Source: a virus. From it: 64,000 nt of DNA. The DNA lies in the IMG/VR virus record IMGVR_UViG_3300042402_005180, positions 1-64,000 of that record; one strand, written 5' to 3'. The notes beneath the pieces were generated by a model. That model had not been told where the DNA came from. It saw only the letters and a list, made by a program, of their open reading frames with translations, and ran no database searches. Positions 17,088 to 27,217 of the stretch are shown in pieces. The stretch's first letter is position 1, and each line of letters begins with the position of its first letter. Made by a program: the position numbers and the translations under genes.

Positions 17088-19271
17088 ATGTCAATTAAAG
17101 CACTCCAAGACTATACTTTCACCGGAAAATATGCAAGATTTATTCCAGATAAAAAAAGAAGAGAAACGTACAAAGAAAGTGTTGATCGTGTTCGCAATAT
17201 GATGCATAAGCAATATGCAGATAAGGGCGAAGAAGTAGGAAAGATGATCGATTGGGCATATGATATGATGCTCAAGAAAAAGGGACTCGGCTCACAACGA
17301 GCATTGCAATTTGGCGGAGACCCAATCTTCAAGCATAATGCTAGAATGTATAATTGTACAGTTTCTTTTGCAGATCGTATAAGATTCTTTCAAGAGTGCA
17401 TGTATATGCTTCTTTGCGGATGCGGAGTTGGATTCTCAGTTCAGTTTAAGCATATTGATAAATTACCAAATCTTTTAGATAGCAAATCTGGAAAAGTAAA
17501 TTATACTATTCCTGACGATATTGAAGGGTGGAGCGATGCTGTCGGTATTTTAATTTCGTCATATTTTGATAGTGATAGCGAATTTCAAGATTATAAAGGA
17601 AAAGAAGTTCAATTTATTTATGATAAAATTCGTAAAAAGGGAACAAGAATTTCTGGAGGAGGAAAGGCTCCCGGTCCAGAACCACTAAAAAGGGCATTAG
17701 ATAAAATTAAAGACGTTCTTGATAAAGCTGTCCTGCGAGGCAATAAAAGAATCAAACCTATTGAAGTATACGATATAGTGATGCATTTTGCAGATGCTGT
17801 TATTTCTGGAGGAGTTCGCAGAAGTGCGACGATCTGCCTTTTTTCGCCAGAAGATAAAGAGATGGCTACCGCTAAAACTGGTAATTGGTTTATTGATAAT
17901 CCTCAGCGGGGGCGATCTAACAATTCAGCATTGCTACTTCGAGAGAAGACAACTCCTGAACAATTCTCTGAACTAATGAAGTCAGTAAAAGAGTTTGGTG
18001 AGCCGGGATTTGTATGGGCTGACGATGAAGACTTTATTGTTAATCCTTGTGTTGAAATCGGTATGTATCCAGTTGATATTGAAACTGGTGAAAGCGGTTG
18101 GCAGGGATGTAATCTTTCTACTGTTAATTGTGCGAAAGTTAATACAGAAGAAGATTTTTATGATGCAGTTCGTGCTGTAACAATTATTGGAACTCTTCAA
18201 GCTGGATTTAATAATTTTCCATATTTAGGTAAAACTAGCGAAAAGATTTTTGCCAGAGAGGCTTTACTTGGCGTATCAGGAACGGGCTGGTTTGAAAAGC
18301 CTGAAATTTGTTTAAATCCCGATATCCAAAGAAAGGCAGCAGAACTTGCAAAATCTACCAATAAAATGGTCGCAGCAGCAATCGGCATCAATCAGGCTGC
18401 GAGAGTCACGTGCGTTAAACCTGAAGGCACTGCTTCTTGTATTCTTGGTACTGCTAGCGGTATCCATCCTCATCATGCTAAACGCTATATTCGTCGTGTT
18501 CAGGCAAATAAGATGGAAGCAATCTACCAACATTTCCAAAAATGTAATCCAAGAGCGTGCGAAGAATCTGTTTGGTCGGCCAATAGGACCGATGATGTAA
18601 TTGCTTTTTGTATTGAAGTCCCTGATGGTAGCAAAACTAAGAACCAAATTACTGCTATTGAACTTCTTAAAACGGTAAAGTCAACTCAACAAAATTGGGT
18701 ATTGTCGGGAACTAATAAGGAGCTTTGTACTAAGCCTTGGCTTAATCATAATGTCAGCAATACTATTAATGTTAAGCCAGCGGAATGGGAAGAGGTTGAG
18801 AAATTCATTTATGATAATCGTGAATTTTTCTGTGGGATTTCCTTGCTTCCAGTAACAGGAGATAAGGATTATCCTCAAGCTCCATTTACTACTGTGTATT
18901 TACCTAGCGAGATGATTGCACATTATGGCGATGGAGTCATGTTTGCAAGTGGTTTAATTGAAGTTGCTTTAACTTTATTTGAAGATAATCTTTGGGCAGC
19001 TTGCGATAGCCTTCTTGGACTAGGCGCTCCAATCAAAGGTAAGGCTAAAGAAGAATGGGTATCAAGATGTGGAAGATTTGCCAATAAGTACTTTGAAGGT
19101 GACGTAAAGAAGTTTACCTATTGCATGAAAGATATTTATAACTTTAAACTCTGGACTGAACTTAAGCGAGAGTATGAAGATGTTGATTATACAGAAGTTC
19201 TTGAAGAATATGATGATACTCAATTGGAACAGGCAATGGCATGTACTGGTGGAGCTTGTGAAGTAGTATGA
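17088..19271 (+). CDS. nrdJ: Class II (adenosylcobalamin-dependent) ribonucleotide reductase
   Basis: YNCT, GGVRRSA, NPCVEI, CNL, TCVKPEGT; C-terminal CTGGAC pair; no beta subunit nearby. Confidence 0.85.
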   Translation: MSIKALQDYTFTGKYARFIPDKKRRETYKESVDRVRNMMHKQYADKGEEVGKMIDWAYDMMLKKKGLGSQRALQFGGDPIFKHNARMYNCTVSFADRIRFFQECMYMLLCGCGVGFSVQFKHIDKLPNLLDSKSGKVNYTIPDDIEGWSDAVGILISSYFDSDSEFQDYKGKEVQFIYDKIRKKGTRISGGGKAPGPEPLKRALDKIKDVLDKAVLRGNKRIKPIEVYDIVMHFADAVISGGVRRSATICLFSPEDKEMATAKTGNWFIDNPQRGRSNNSALLLREKTTPEQFSELMKSVKEFGEPGFVWADDEDFIVNPCVEIGMYPVDIETGESGWQGCNLSTVNCAKVNTEEDFYDAVRAVTIIGTLQAGFNNFPYLGKTSEKIFAREALLGVSGTGWFEKPEICLNPDIQRKAAELAKSTNKMVAAAIGINQAARVTCVKPEGTASCILGTASGIHPHHAKRYIRRVQANKMEAIYQHFQKCNPRACEESVWSANRTDDVIAFCIEVPDGSKTKNQITAIELLKTVKSTQQNWVLSGTNKELCTKPWLNHNVSNTINVKPAEWEEVEKFIYDNREFFCGISLLPVTGDKDYPQAPFTTVYLPSEMIAHYGDGVMFASGLIEVALTLFEDNLWAACDSLLGLGAPIKGKAKEEWVSRCGRFANKYFEGDVKKFTYCMKDIYNFKLWTELKREYEDVDYTEVLEEYDDTQLEQAMACTGGACEVV

Positions 19272-20326
19272 GTTTATTCGGAGTCCCTCCAACTTTAATA
19301 AGATACGACCTACAAAGTTTAAAAATAAATAATGTAGGCGTATCAGGTATTCAAAATATATCTATAAGCCAAACTTTAGATGCAACAACGATTCCTGCTT
19401 GGGGAAATCCATTTACGTCTAAAAATATATATAAAAAACCAAACATTGAAATATCTTTTAGTAAATTTATTTCTGACAATGTTAAACCACTTCCAATTGA
19501 TGGAGCAATAACTGGAGTTAGTAAAACAGGATCTGTAATTCCTTCTGGAAGATTAGTTCCATCTCCATTGGATATTGATTTATATATTTATAATTATCAA
19601 AATTCTGAAAACATATATCCAACAGGAATACAATTAAAAGACTGCTTGTTAAAATCTGTATCATATAGATTCCAAACAGAAGGATTTTTTACAGAAGATA
19701 TTTCTTTTAGTTCTCATGCATTATTAAGCAGTGGAATGCCAAATGCAATAAAAGCAAATGAAGATAGTCCATCTTATGTAGCGCATAGTGGAAATGTAAA
19801 GAGAAGAAAAGATTTCTTTGTAAGCGGGATACCACCAGAAGTGTCAGGACACTTATCTAGCGGTCATGCTTTATTATCAGTCGAAGTTACAATATCTTTT
19901 GACTATGGTGAAGTTCCTTCTTATGGAAGATTCTATACGGCTGCTAATAAATATGTAAGATATCCAATTGATGTGTCGTGTACTTTTGAAGTTCTTGATC
20001 GTGGATTTTATCCAGTAACAAATAACTTATTCCAAGATACAGGAACAATACCTGATACTTATGTATATTCGGGAATTCCTAACCCTCCACCGTTTAGTGG
20101 AGAAATAAGAGCTTCTGGAAATATAAATGAAGTTGTAAATTCAGTTTTTGAAAATATGTATACCACTGGAATTTTATTAGGCATTAAAGATTCTTTAACA
20201 ATAGATCTTGGGTCTAATAATTTCTTAACAAACAGAGAAAGAAGTGGAGGTGATGCTGGGCAAAATAACTACTCAACATATCGCTACACATATAAAAATA
20301 CAACAAGCGAATTTACTTTATCATGA
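19268..20326 (+). CDS. Probable structural protein (tail-tube-like beta protein)
   Basis: GIQNISISQT...IEISFSKF...SVSYRF...FTEDISF pattern; Ser-Gly rich like the tail genes. Confidence 0.5.
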   Translation: MSLFGVPPTLIRYDLQSLKINNVGVSGIQNISISQTLDATTIPAWGNPFTSKNIYKKPNIEISFSKFISDNVKPLPIDGAITGVSKTGSVIPSGRLVPSPLDIDLYIYNYQNSENIYPTGIQLKDCLLKSVSYRFQTEGFFTEDISFSSHALLSSGMPNAIKANEDSPSYVAHSGNVKRRKDFFVSGIPPEVSGHLSSGHALLSVEVTISFDYGEVPSYGRFYTAANKYVRYPIDVSCTFEVLDRGFYPVTNNLFQDTGTIPDTYVYSGIPNPPPFSGEIRASGNINEVVNSVFENMYTTGILLGIKDSLTIDLGSNNFLTNRERSGGDAGQNNYSTYRYTYKNTTSEFTLS

Positions 20327-20339
20327 AAGATCATAAATC

Positions 20340-21035
20340 ATGTCAACACGCAAAACAAGAAAAACCGCTCAAAGAGCAACAGCAAGTGCTATAACTAATC
20401 CGCATCGTAAAATACTTAAACCGAAAAGTATTAATCAAGAAAACTATATCATATCTATGGTTGAAAACGATATTACAATTTGTACAGGTCCAGCAGGATC
20501 TGGCAAATCTTCGGTTGCTGTTGGTCTTGCGTGTAACTGGCTTTTAGAAAATAAAATAGAAAAAATCATAGTAACAAGACCAGTTGTTGAAGCCGGTAGA
20601 GGGCTTGGATATCTTCCCGGTAGTAAAGATGAGAAGATACAACCCTATGTTATGCCAGTTCTTGAAGAGATGCAGCAATATCTTGGCAGAGAATTATTAA
20701 ACAAACAGCTTGCTGCTGGAATTGTTGAACTCTGTCCACTTGAGTATATGAGAGGAAGAAACTTCCATCATTCATTTATGATACTTGATGAAGCACAGAA
20801 CGCAACGTATGAACAAATAAAAATGTTTTTAACTAGAATAGGAATGCATTCACGAGCAATTATTGAAGGCGATCCATATCAATCAGACCTACCCCTTTCT
20901 ATGAGGGGTGCAATGATGGATATTAGAGACAAGCTATTTGGATTACAAGGAGTTGGAGTTTGTGAACTTCAGGCAACAGATATTGTTCGTAACCCTATAA
21001 TCGGTCGAGTACTAGAAAGGCTAGAGACTAGATGA
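20340..21035 (+). CDS. phoH: PhoH-family ATPase
   Basis: GPAGSGKS, TRPVVEAG..LGYLPG, YMRGRNF, LDEAQN, GDPYQSDL, DIVRNP. Confidence 0.95.
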   Translation: MSTRKTRKTAQRATASAITNPHRKILKPKSINQENYIISMVENDITICTGPAGSGKSSVAVGLACNWLLENKIEKIIVTRPVVEAGRGLGYLPGSKDEKIQPYVMPVLEEMQQYLGRELLNKQLAAGIVELCPLEYMRGRNFHHSFMILDEAQNATYEQIKMFLTRIGMHSRAIIEGDPYQSDLPLSMRGAMMDIRDKLFGLQGVGVCELQATDIVRNPIIGRVLERLETR

Positions 21036-21292
21036 GAAAGTATGTCGCTCCAATCATTGTTGCTGGAATCTTAATAGGTAACTTAGCTTTATCTTATGCA
21101 GCAATGAAAGACATGAAAGAAGAATCTCAAGATATTAATGTTGAGATTATTGAACATTATAACTATATGATTGATTTTGAAGAAAGAACAAAAGAAGAAG
21201 AGAGAATTATCAAAGAAGGATATGCCCATTTTCTATCTTATGTTTCTGAGGAATACTACGAGTCTAATCCAGAAGATAAACCAAGTTTTTGA
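21032..21292 (+). CDS. Hypothetical membrane-anchored protein
   Basis: N-terminal hydrophobic helix; ATGA overlap. Confidence 0.65.
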   Translation: MRKYVAPIIVAGILIGNLALSYAAMKDMKEESQDINVEIIEHYNYMIDFEERTKEEERIIKEGYAHFLSYVSEEYYESNPEDKPSF

Positions 21293-21299
21293 GGAATTT

Positions 21300-21641
21300 A
21301 TGCCAACTTATCACTATGCTTGCAAAGAATGCAAAGAAGAATTCGAAGTCTTTCATTCAATCAAAGAACCATTAAGAACCATCTGTCCATTTTGCGAAAA
21401 AGCGGGCTTGTCGGTTGTTTTGGATGAGCCTCCTGTTATAATAAATAAAGAGGTGAAGACAATCGGCCAGCTCGCCGAAAAGAATGCCAAAAGCCTTGGG
21501 CGGTATGGACTTGAAGAAAAGATGGCAAAGGACGGCTCTTTAGAAAGAATTAAGCACAGAGAAAAAAGAGAGCTAAATAGTAAAATAGCAAAGCTGTCTC
21601 CAGAGAAACAACGGAAATTTATTGAAACAGGAAAACTATGA
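21300..21641 (+). CDS. FmdB-family zinc-ribbon protein
   Basis: MPTYHYACKEC...CPFC; GAGG RBS places the start at 21300. Confidence 0.85.
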   Translation: MPTYHYACKECKEEFEVFHSIKEPLRTICPFCEKAGLSVVLDEPPVIINKEVKTIGQLAEKNAKSLGRYGLEEKMAKDGSLERIKHREKRELNSKIAKLSPEKQRKFIETGKL

Positions 21642-21886
21642 TAAGAGAAAAATTCAATGTAGGTCCACATATAGGAATACTAAAAGTGAATCTATATATC
21701 CATAGAATGTTAGATGATGGTAGTGTTGATCCTGAAATTGTAGATTGCACAGAAGAATTTCAAAATTTAAAAATGACAAACAAAGGCGAGATTCATGTGG
21801 TAGGATATGATAAGAAGGATTGTATTGAAAAAGTAAAAAATATGCTTGAAAGTCTAGGAAAAACAAATGTCAAGAAACGAAAATGA
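21638..21886 (+). CDS. Hypothetical protein
   Basis: ATGA overlap. Confidence 0.65.
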   Translation: MIREKFNVGPHIGILKVNLYIHRMLDDGSVDPEIVDCTEEFQNLKMTNKGEIHVVGYDKKDCIEKVKNMLESLGKTNVKKRK

Positions 21887-22223
21887 AAATATACAAGATC
21901 TTAATTTACCAGAAAAAGATGAAGTAAACGTAGAGTTTATCGAGAAGACAGGAAAATCAGGAGAAGAGCATAACGCTGTTGCTAAAATTGCAACAATAGT
22001 AAACAAAGAAGAACAGAAAAAAACAATTAATTACTATGTAAAAATTGGAAGGGGTATGATATTTGATCCTTTTGGAATGGACTCTAATAAAATCAATGCC
22101 TACAATTTTCAATTTAAAAAAGCTGATGAGAAAGTTTTTTCATATTATTTACAGTATTTGAAAACACGAAGATCAATGTTTTTAACTTATGCTCAAAGAG
22201 AATTTCAAAATAAAGGATATTGA
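21867..22223 (+). CDS. Hypothetical protein
   Basis: Coupled ORF. Confidence 0.7.
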   Translation: MSRNENENIQDLNLPEKDEVNVEFIEKTGKSGEEHNAVAKIATIVNKEEQKKTINYYVKIGRGMIFDPFGMDSNKINAYNFQFKKADEKVFSYYLQYLKTRRSMFLTYAQREFQNKGY

Positions 22224-22525
22224 TTATGCCGAAGAAAAAGGTGGAAGTTCCAAAAACCAATATAAACAAAACAGTTAAAATGGGCAATGAAAATAAAAAG
22301 GTAAATATTACTGAACCTAAAGTAGCCCAGAAAAATGAGCCAAGTCCAAAAGGCTATCCTGAAACAAGAGAGTTGTTTGCTCATAAAAAAGATTATGGTG
22401 TAACTGCAATGACAGAGCAAGCGTCTATGAGGGCTGATGAAACAGCAAAAAATAGACAACCTACAAATGGATATAATATTCCTCCAAGACTTGGAAATTG
22501 TGTTCGTAAAATTAGGGAAGACTAA
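22220..22525 (+). CDS. Hypothetical protein
   Basis: Coupled ORF (GVTAMTEQASMRADE). Confidence 0.65.
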   Translation: MIMPKKKVEVPKTNINKTVKMGNENKKVNITEPKVAQKNEPSPKGYPETRELFAHKKDYGVTAMTEQASMRADETAKNRQPTNGYNIPPRLGNCVRKIRED

Positions 22526-23022
22526 TGCTTTGTACAAGTTTCAATAAAGACATATTATTACTTTTAGATAAGCAAGAAATATTATGGAAGTGCATTCTTG
22601 ATAATGGAACAGAAGTGTGGTCAGATTTTGACGCTTCTGACAAAAAAGATCCTTGGACAAGACTAAAAGAGTTCTGCTTTAATAATAATATAAAAGTAAT
22701 TGAAGTAAGAGTTCTTTGCCCCGGAATGCCAGAGCAAACAATATTTCAAGATGACAATGGCCTTGATAAATTTTTTATTATAAGAGGGCTTTGCAAAGAA
22801 CTAACCGATAATACTGATGTGATATACAAGTTCATGTCTTTTGGAATTGTTAAGAGTGACAACAAAATTCATGTTAAGAAATTTTATTGGCCACAATTCG
22901 CTCTTGGTGAAGACGAAGAGATCAGAGAAATAACTCCTGAAAATGAAAAGTTACTTTTTAAAAAAAGAATAATGTGCGAGGATAACTGTAAATGTCGGGA
23001 AAAAAAATCCAGACTGCATTAA
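22525..23022 (+). CDS. Hypothetical protein
   Basis: TAATG coupling. Confidence 0.7.
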   Translation: MLCTSFNKDILLLLDKQEILWKCILDNGTEVWSDFDASDKKDPWTRLKEFCFNNNIKVIEVRVLCPGMPEQTIFQDDNGLDKFFIIRGLCKELTDNTDVIYKFMSFGIVKSDNKIHVKKFYWPQFALGEDEEIREITPENEKLLFKKRIMCEDNCKCREKKSRLH

Positions 23023-23456
23023 GTAAATACAAGTCTCCATCAACTGGAGACTTTTGTACTTCAGCACAATATGTTGCTGAATTAATTTGTCAGAAACTTG
23101 CAAAGCATGAAAAAGTAGGGACGCTCCCCTATAAGTTTTGGAATCTGCCAAAATGGAAAAAAATATATATTAGGCAAGTTTCGTTAGCAAATAAACTAAT
23201 AAAAGAATACGGCGAAGAGTCTGTTATAAAATTTGTAAAGTCAAGTGCAGGTAAAAATACAATTTCTCTTGGAGCTAGAAATGTAAAAAAAGAAATTGAA
23301 AAAATTAAATTTGCTCTTGACAATACGCCAAAGCGTGATACAATTGAAATAATTGCGATTGAGCCACTTGAATTTAAACCAAGAAAATCATTTGGAACCA
23401 AAACGCTTGTAAATAGATTGAAAGATATAGAAAGTGACATGAATAACAATGGATAA
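22992..23456 (+). CDS. Hypothetical protein
   Basis: Coupled ORF upstream of recA. Confidence 0.7.
   Translation: MSGKKIQTALSKYKSPSTGDFCTSAQYVAELICQKLAKHEKVGTLPYKFWNLPKWKKIYIRQVSLANKLIKEYGEESVIKFVKSSAGKNTISLGARNVKKEIEKIKFALDNTPKRDTIEIIAIEPLEFKPRKSFGTKTLVNRLKDIESDMNNNG
23317..23344 (+). promoter_or_regulatory. Sigma70 promoter upstream of recA
   Basis: TTGACA-16-TACAAT with TGn. Confidence 0.6.
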
Positions 23457-24441
23457 AGATTTTCTTAAAAAATATGGCGATTACGTAACAACTGGCGAAA
23501 AAGTATTAGAAACTAAAAAAAGCTACAAAACTATCTCTATTAGTCCTGCAATTGATCTTGCTCTAGGAGGTGGTGTTAAAGAAGGCTCTTGGATGATTCT
23601 TTCTGGGCCACCAAAAGCTGGCAAGACAACCACAACTATGCAAATCATTGCCAACTGTCAAGCAGAAGGTCGAAAGATTATTTATCTTGATGTAGAGGGT
23701 CGGCTTAAAGAAATGAACTTTGAAGTTCCGGGAATCGATCCATCTTTAGTGCAAGTAATTCGATCAGGAGACCAGCCATTACCAGCAGAAACATTTCTTG
23801 ATATTGCAAGAAAGTTAATATCTGAAAAAGAGAACGAAGGTTGTGTTCTTGTTATTGACTCTATTTCTTCCCTAATTCCTTCTCGTGATCTTGATGAAGA
23901 TATTAGCGGCATGACTCGTCCGGGTTTGCCAAAGATTCTATCAGATTTTGTAAAAAAACTTGGTCAAACTGTACCAAACCAAAAGTGTCTTGTTATCATG
24001 ATTACGCACATGATTACGAATACCAGTGGATATGGTAAGAGTAAAATGGCTGATGGCGGTGTTAAGATTCAATTCCAAGCCGACACGAGAATGGAAGTAA
24101 AAAGTGTTCAGCCTTGGGAATCTGCAAGCTCTAGTAAAGATCAAAAGAATGTCATTGGATTAAAGGTTACATGGGATATCCTTTGTTCATCTATTGGATC
24201 TCCTTATAAGACTTGCGAGAGTTGGATTAGATTTGGTCATGGAATCGACAAAGTGCAAGAAATTCTTATGATTGCAATCGATCTTGGTCTTATTTCAGTT
24301 GCTGGCTCATGGTACAACCTTGACTTTATTGAATCTGAAAAAGTTAAGTTGCAAGGACAAGAGAAGGTATATAATTATTTAACTGAAAATCCAGAAGCAT
24401 ATAAAACGCTGGAGTCTAAAGTTAAGGAACTATTATATTGA
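23449..24441 (+). CDS. recA: RecA/UvsX-like recombinase
   Basis: IDLALGGG, GPPKAGKTT, YLDVE, VIDSISSL, GSWY, KLQGQE. Confidence 0.9.
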   Translation: MDKDFLKKYGDYVTTGEKVLETKKSYKTISISPAIDLALGGGVKEGSWMILSGPPKAGKTTTTMQIIANCQAEGRKIIYLDVEGRLKEMNFEVPGIDPSLVQVIRSGDQPLPAETFLDIARKLISEKENEGCVLVIDSISSLIPSRDLDEDISGMTRPGLPKILSDFVKKLGQTVPNQKCLVIMITHMITNTSGYGKSKMADGGVKIQFQADTRMEVKSVQPWESASSSKDQKNVIGLKVTWDILCSSIGSPYKTCESWIRFGHGIDKVQEILMIAIDLGLISVAGSWYNLDFIESEKVKLQGQEKVYNYLTENPEAYKTLESKVKELLY

Positions 24442-24851
24442 ACATTATTGGATTAGATGGTAAAGAGTACTCTTGGATTCCTAGCAATAATATTGTAGAA
24501 ACTGAACGTCGATCAGGACCACATGCTAAAGCTAAGGATTTATTAAAAGAGCGTTATCCTAATGATCGAATACTAGAAGAGATAGTTTTGCCCGGAACAA
24601 AGACAAGTACAAGAAAATCCACTTTAAAAGCGGATTTTTTTATTCCAGTTAGGGGACTAATCGTTGAAGTGCATGGCCGACAGCATACAGAGTTTAATAA
24701 TTTCTTTTTTGCTAATAAGATGGAATTTTATAAAGCTCAAGCAAGAGATAAAGATAAAAAAACTTGGTGCGATCTTAATGAGTTTACACTAATAGAATTA
24801 TTTGAAAATGAAACACTAGAAGAGTGGAAAGAAAAGCTATGGACGACATAG
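24438..24851 (+). CDS. Vsr/DUF559-like PD-(D/E)XK endonuclease
   Basis: ADFFIP...IVEVHGRQH...RDKDKKTWC. Confidence 0.7.
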   Translation: MNIIGLDGKEYSWIPSNNIVETERRSGPHAKAKDLLKERYPNDRILEEIVLPGTKTSTRKSTLKADFFIPVRGLIVEVHGRQHTEFNNFFFANKMEFYKAQARDKDKKTWCDLNEFTLIELFENETLEEWKEKLWTT

Positions 24852-25324
24852 AAAAAAAATGCGAAGCGTTCCAGAAAAGCATAGACGACTGGATCTCTGG
24901 ACATTTTATTGATTATGGATTAAAAAACTCTTCTGAATTAGTTGGTAGAGTTTATCAAATAATGTATATGTCAGAAGAAGACTTAAGAAAAATGTCGTCA
25001 GTTGATTGCCAAACTGCAATATATTCTCTTAATAAATATATGACATATATAAACAATGTAATTGCCAGAGAGAAAGCGGTTAAGCAATGGGCAGAACAAG
25101 GAATCTGGTATATAATAACTGGACAAAAGCACGAAAAGTATGCTAAATGGGAAGAAAAGTACTATTCTGCAATAAGAAATAGCGAGGTTGGTTTAAAATT
25201 ACAAAAACTTAAAACAACTTCTGAATCCAGAGTATTATCAGCAGAATCGCAAGTAAAAGGAATCGAGCAATCAATTAAAGTATTAGAAAATATAAGCAGG
25301 AGTAAGTCGTATGAACGATCTTAA
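24824..25324 (+). CDS. Helical hypothetical protein (possible UvsY-like mediator)
   Basis: All-helical coiled-coil pattern two genes after recA; function is inference. Confidence 0.5.
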   Translation: MERKAMDDIEKKCEAFQKSIDDWISGHFIDYGLKNSSELVGRVYQIMYMSEEDLRKMSSVDCQTAIYSLNKYMTYINNVIAREKAVKQWAEQGIWYIITGQKHEKYAKWEEKYYSAIRNSEVGLKLQKLKTTSESRVLSAESQVKGIEQSIKVLENISRSKSYERS

Positions 25325-25781
25325 AGAACAGGCAAAAATAATTATAGCAAAAGGAAAAAAGTTAAATGATCCCGAATTAGTTCGAATGGGTTTAGAAATG
25401 TTAGACGCTTATGATCAAGAAATAATTTCTGCAAATCCAATCGCAGTTCAGTCGTCAGTGCCAACAGAAAAAAAGACTATCGCTGGAAGATTTGATATGG
25501 GAGAATTCACCATGTCAAAGGCGGGATCAAATGTCGTAGAAAAAAGCGGAAGAAAGCAACCAATTTCTACTGGCCAAAGAAATAATAAATATGTTGATGA
25601 AGGAGAACATAGAGATATTGTAACGCCAAATGTTAAACAAACTGAGAGAACTAGAAAATCAATCGAAGAGCAAAAAGTCAATCAAATTTGTGAAGTATGT
25701 GGAAAAAGGGAGAGAGTTTTACCAATATACGCTAGAGAATTTTATCGTTGTGAATCTTGTTTATTGAAAGGAAAATCATGA
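25311..25781 (+). CDS. Hypothetical protein with C-terminal zinc ribbon
   Basis: CEVCG...YRCESC. Confidence 0.7.
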   Translation: MNDLKEQAKIIIAKGKKLNDPELVRMGLEMLDAYDQEIISANPIAVQSSVPTEKKTIAGRFDMGEFTMSKAGSNVVEKSGRKQPISTGQRNNKYVDEGEHRDIVTPNVKQTERTRKSIEEQKVNQICEVCGKRERVLPIYAREFYRCESCLLKGKS

Positions 25782-26221
25782 GTGCATTTTTAAGTTATGA
25801 ACTACCAGTTAAAAAATTAACCCCAACAGCAAAACTTCCAGATAAAGCTAATCTATTTGATGCTGGGCTAGATTTATATTGTGACGAAACAGAAGTTGTA
25901 GTGCTTAATCCGGGAGAACGTAAACTATTCTCTACAGGAATTGCGGTTGGAATTTCAAAAGGTTTTGTGGGCTTAATTTGGCCAAGATCAGGACTTGCTG
26001 TAAAGAAAGGCTTTGATACAATGGCAGGAGTTATTGATGCTCCCTACCGTGGAGAAGTTAAAGTGTTGATTATTAATGAAGATAGTGCATGTCAAATTGT
26101 TTCTCCGGGAGATAAGATTGCTCAAATGATTGTGCAGCCTATTCCTGATTTTACTCCAATTGAAGTTGAAGATCTTGATTCAACAACTCGTGGAGACAAA
26201 GGATTTGGGAGTTCGGGATGA
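25778..26221 (+). CDS. dut: Trimeric dUTPase
   Basis: AGLDL, PRSGLA, GVIDAPYRGE, GDKIAQ, RGDKGFGSSG; start at the ATGA overlap 25778. Confidence 0.97.
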   Translation: MSAFLSYELPVKKLTPTAKLPDKANLFDAGLDLYCDETEVVVLNPGERKLFSTGIAVGISKGFVGLIWPRSGLAVKKGFDTMAGVIDAPYRGEVKVLIINEDSACQIVSPGDKIAQMIVQPIPDFTPIEVEDLDSTTRGDKGFGSSG

Positions 26222-26328
26222 CAATTAGCGATTATCTTGGAGTTGGATTTGTATTGTTTACGGTTTTTTATTTTATAGTTTTAACCAGAGTATTATCTAA
26301 CACAAAAATAGGGACGAAAGAAAATTAA
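26218..26328 (+). CDS. Small single-TM protein, 36 aa (absent from ORF track)
   Basis: MTISDYLGVGFVLFTVFYFIVLTRVLSNTKIGTKEN*; ATGA overlap upstream and TAATG downstream. Confidence 0.7.
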   Translation: MTISDYLGVGFVLFTVFYFIVLTRVLSNTKIGTKEN

Positions 26329-26564
26329 TGGATTACGTGCAAGCATTTTATGTAGAAAATTCAAAAATTATACTTGACAATTTGCCGCAAGAGATATATA
26401 ATGGAATGAATGAAGATGGGTTTTTATCTAATGTAGATAATAGTCCTTGGACAACAAAAATCAATATTCTTGGAAGAACATATCACTTAATTTTCTCAAA
26501 AAGGCAAGAGACAGTAAGTGACTTTATGAACGGTGTTTTTTATTTAGAAGGGGAAACGCAATGA
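26328..26564 (+). CDS. Hypothetical protein
   Basis: Coupled ORF. Confidence 0.6.
   Translation: MDYVQAFYVENSKIILDNLPQEIYNGMNEDGFLSNVDNSPWTTKINILGRTYHLIFSKRQETVSDFMNGVFYLEGETQ
26374..26402 (+). promoter_or_regulatory. Consensus sigma70 promoter (intragenic)
   Basis: TTGACA-17-TATAAT. Confidence 0.7.
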
Positions 26565-26809
26565 ATTCTTTAATAGCATTAGTAGCTATAACAATTGGAC
26601 AAATACATGTAAATGTCCCACAGCAATATGTAAATGTTCCAGTTCAGCAATTAGTACAGTATGTAAATGTACCAGTTCAACAGCCAGTACAATACGTTAA
26701 TGTGCCCGTACAAACAGTTACATATACATACCAGCCAGTAATTTATTATTATCCAACATATTATTATCCTATTTATTATTACCCTTATGTCATATATAGA
26801 AGTTATTAA
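26561..26809 (+). CDS. Secreted low-complexity protein with QYVNVPVQQ repeats and Tyr/Pro-rich tail
   Basis: MNSLIALVAITIGQ signal-like start; four VNVP repeats; YYPxYYY tail. Confidence 0.7.
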   Translation: MNSLIALVAITIGQIHVNVPQQYVNVPVQQLVQYVNVPVQQPVQYVNVPVQTVTYTYQPVIYYYPTYYYPIYYYPYVIYRSY

Positions 26810-26818
26810 GGAGAACTA

Positions 26819-27217
26819 ATGGAAAATAATAATGAAAATAGTGTTTATAGCTATTTAGAAATAATTCGTAAAGCTGCAAATGAACTTGAAAAAATTCATG
26901 TTTACGAAACTAATAGTGCAATCTACGGATCATCTAAAGAAGAAGAGCTAAAAATAGAAATTGGAAATCTTAATAATCAAATTTTAGAATATGAAATTCA
27001 ATTAGCAGACCTTCAAAAAATGGTCGACTCTGCTATCGAATTGAATAAATCACTATATGATGCTAATGGGAAGTTAATTGAAGCAAATAATAAATTGATT
27101 TCAGAAAAGAAACTAGCAGAAGAAAATAAGGAACTTGCGATTGAGCAAGCGGAAAAGATTATAGAAGTGTATAATCGACTTCCAAAAATTGTAAAAAGAA
27201 TGTATGGAGTAAAATAA
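26819..27217 (+). CDS. Coiled-coil protein
   Basis: Heptad pattern; AAGGAG RBS. Confidence 0.7.
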   Translation: MENNNENSVYSYLEIIRKAANELEKIHVYETNSAIYGSSKEEELKIEIGNLNNQILEYEIQLADLQKMVDSAIELNKSLYDANGKLIEANNKLISEKKLAEENKELAIEQAEKIIEVYNRLPKIVKRMYGVK

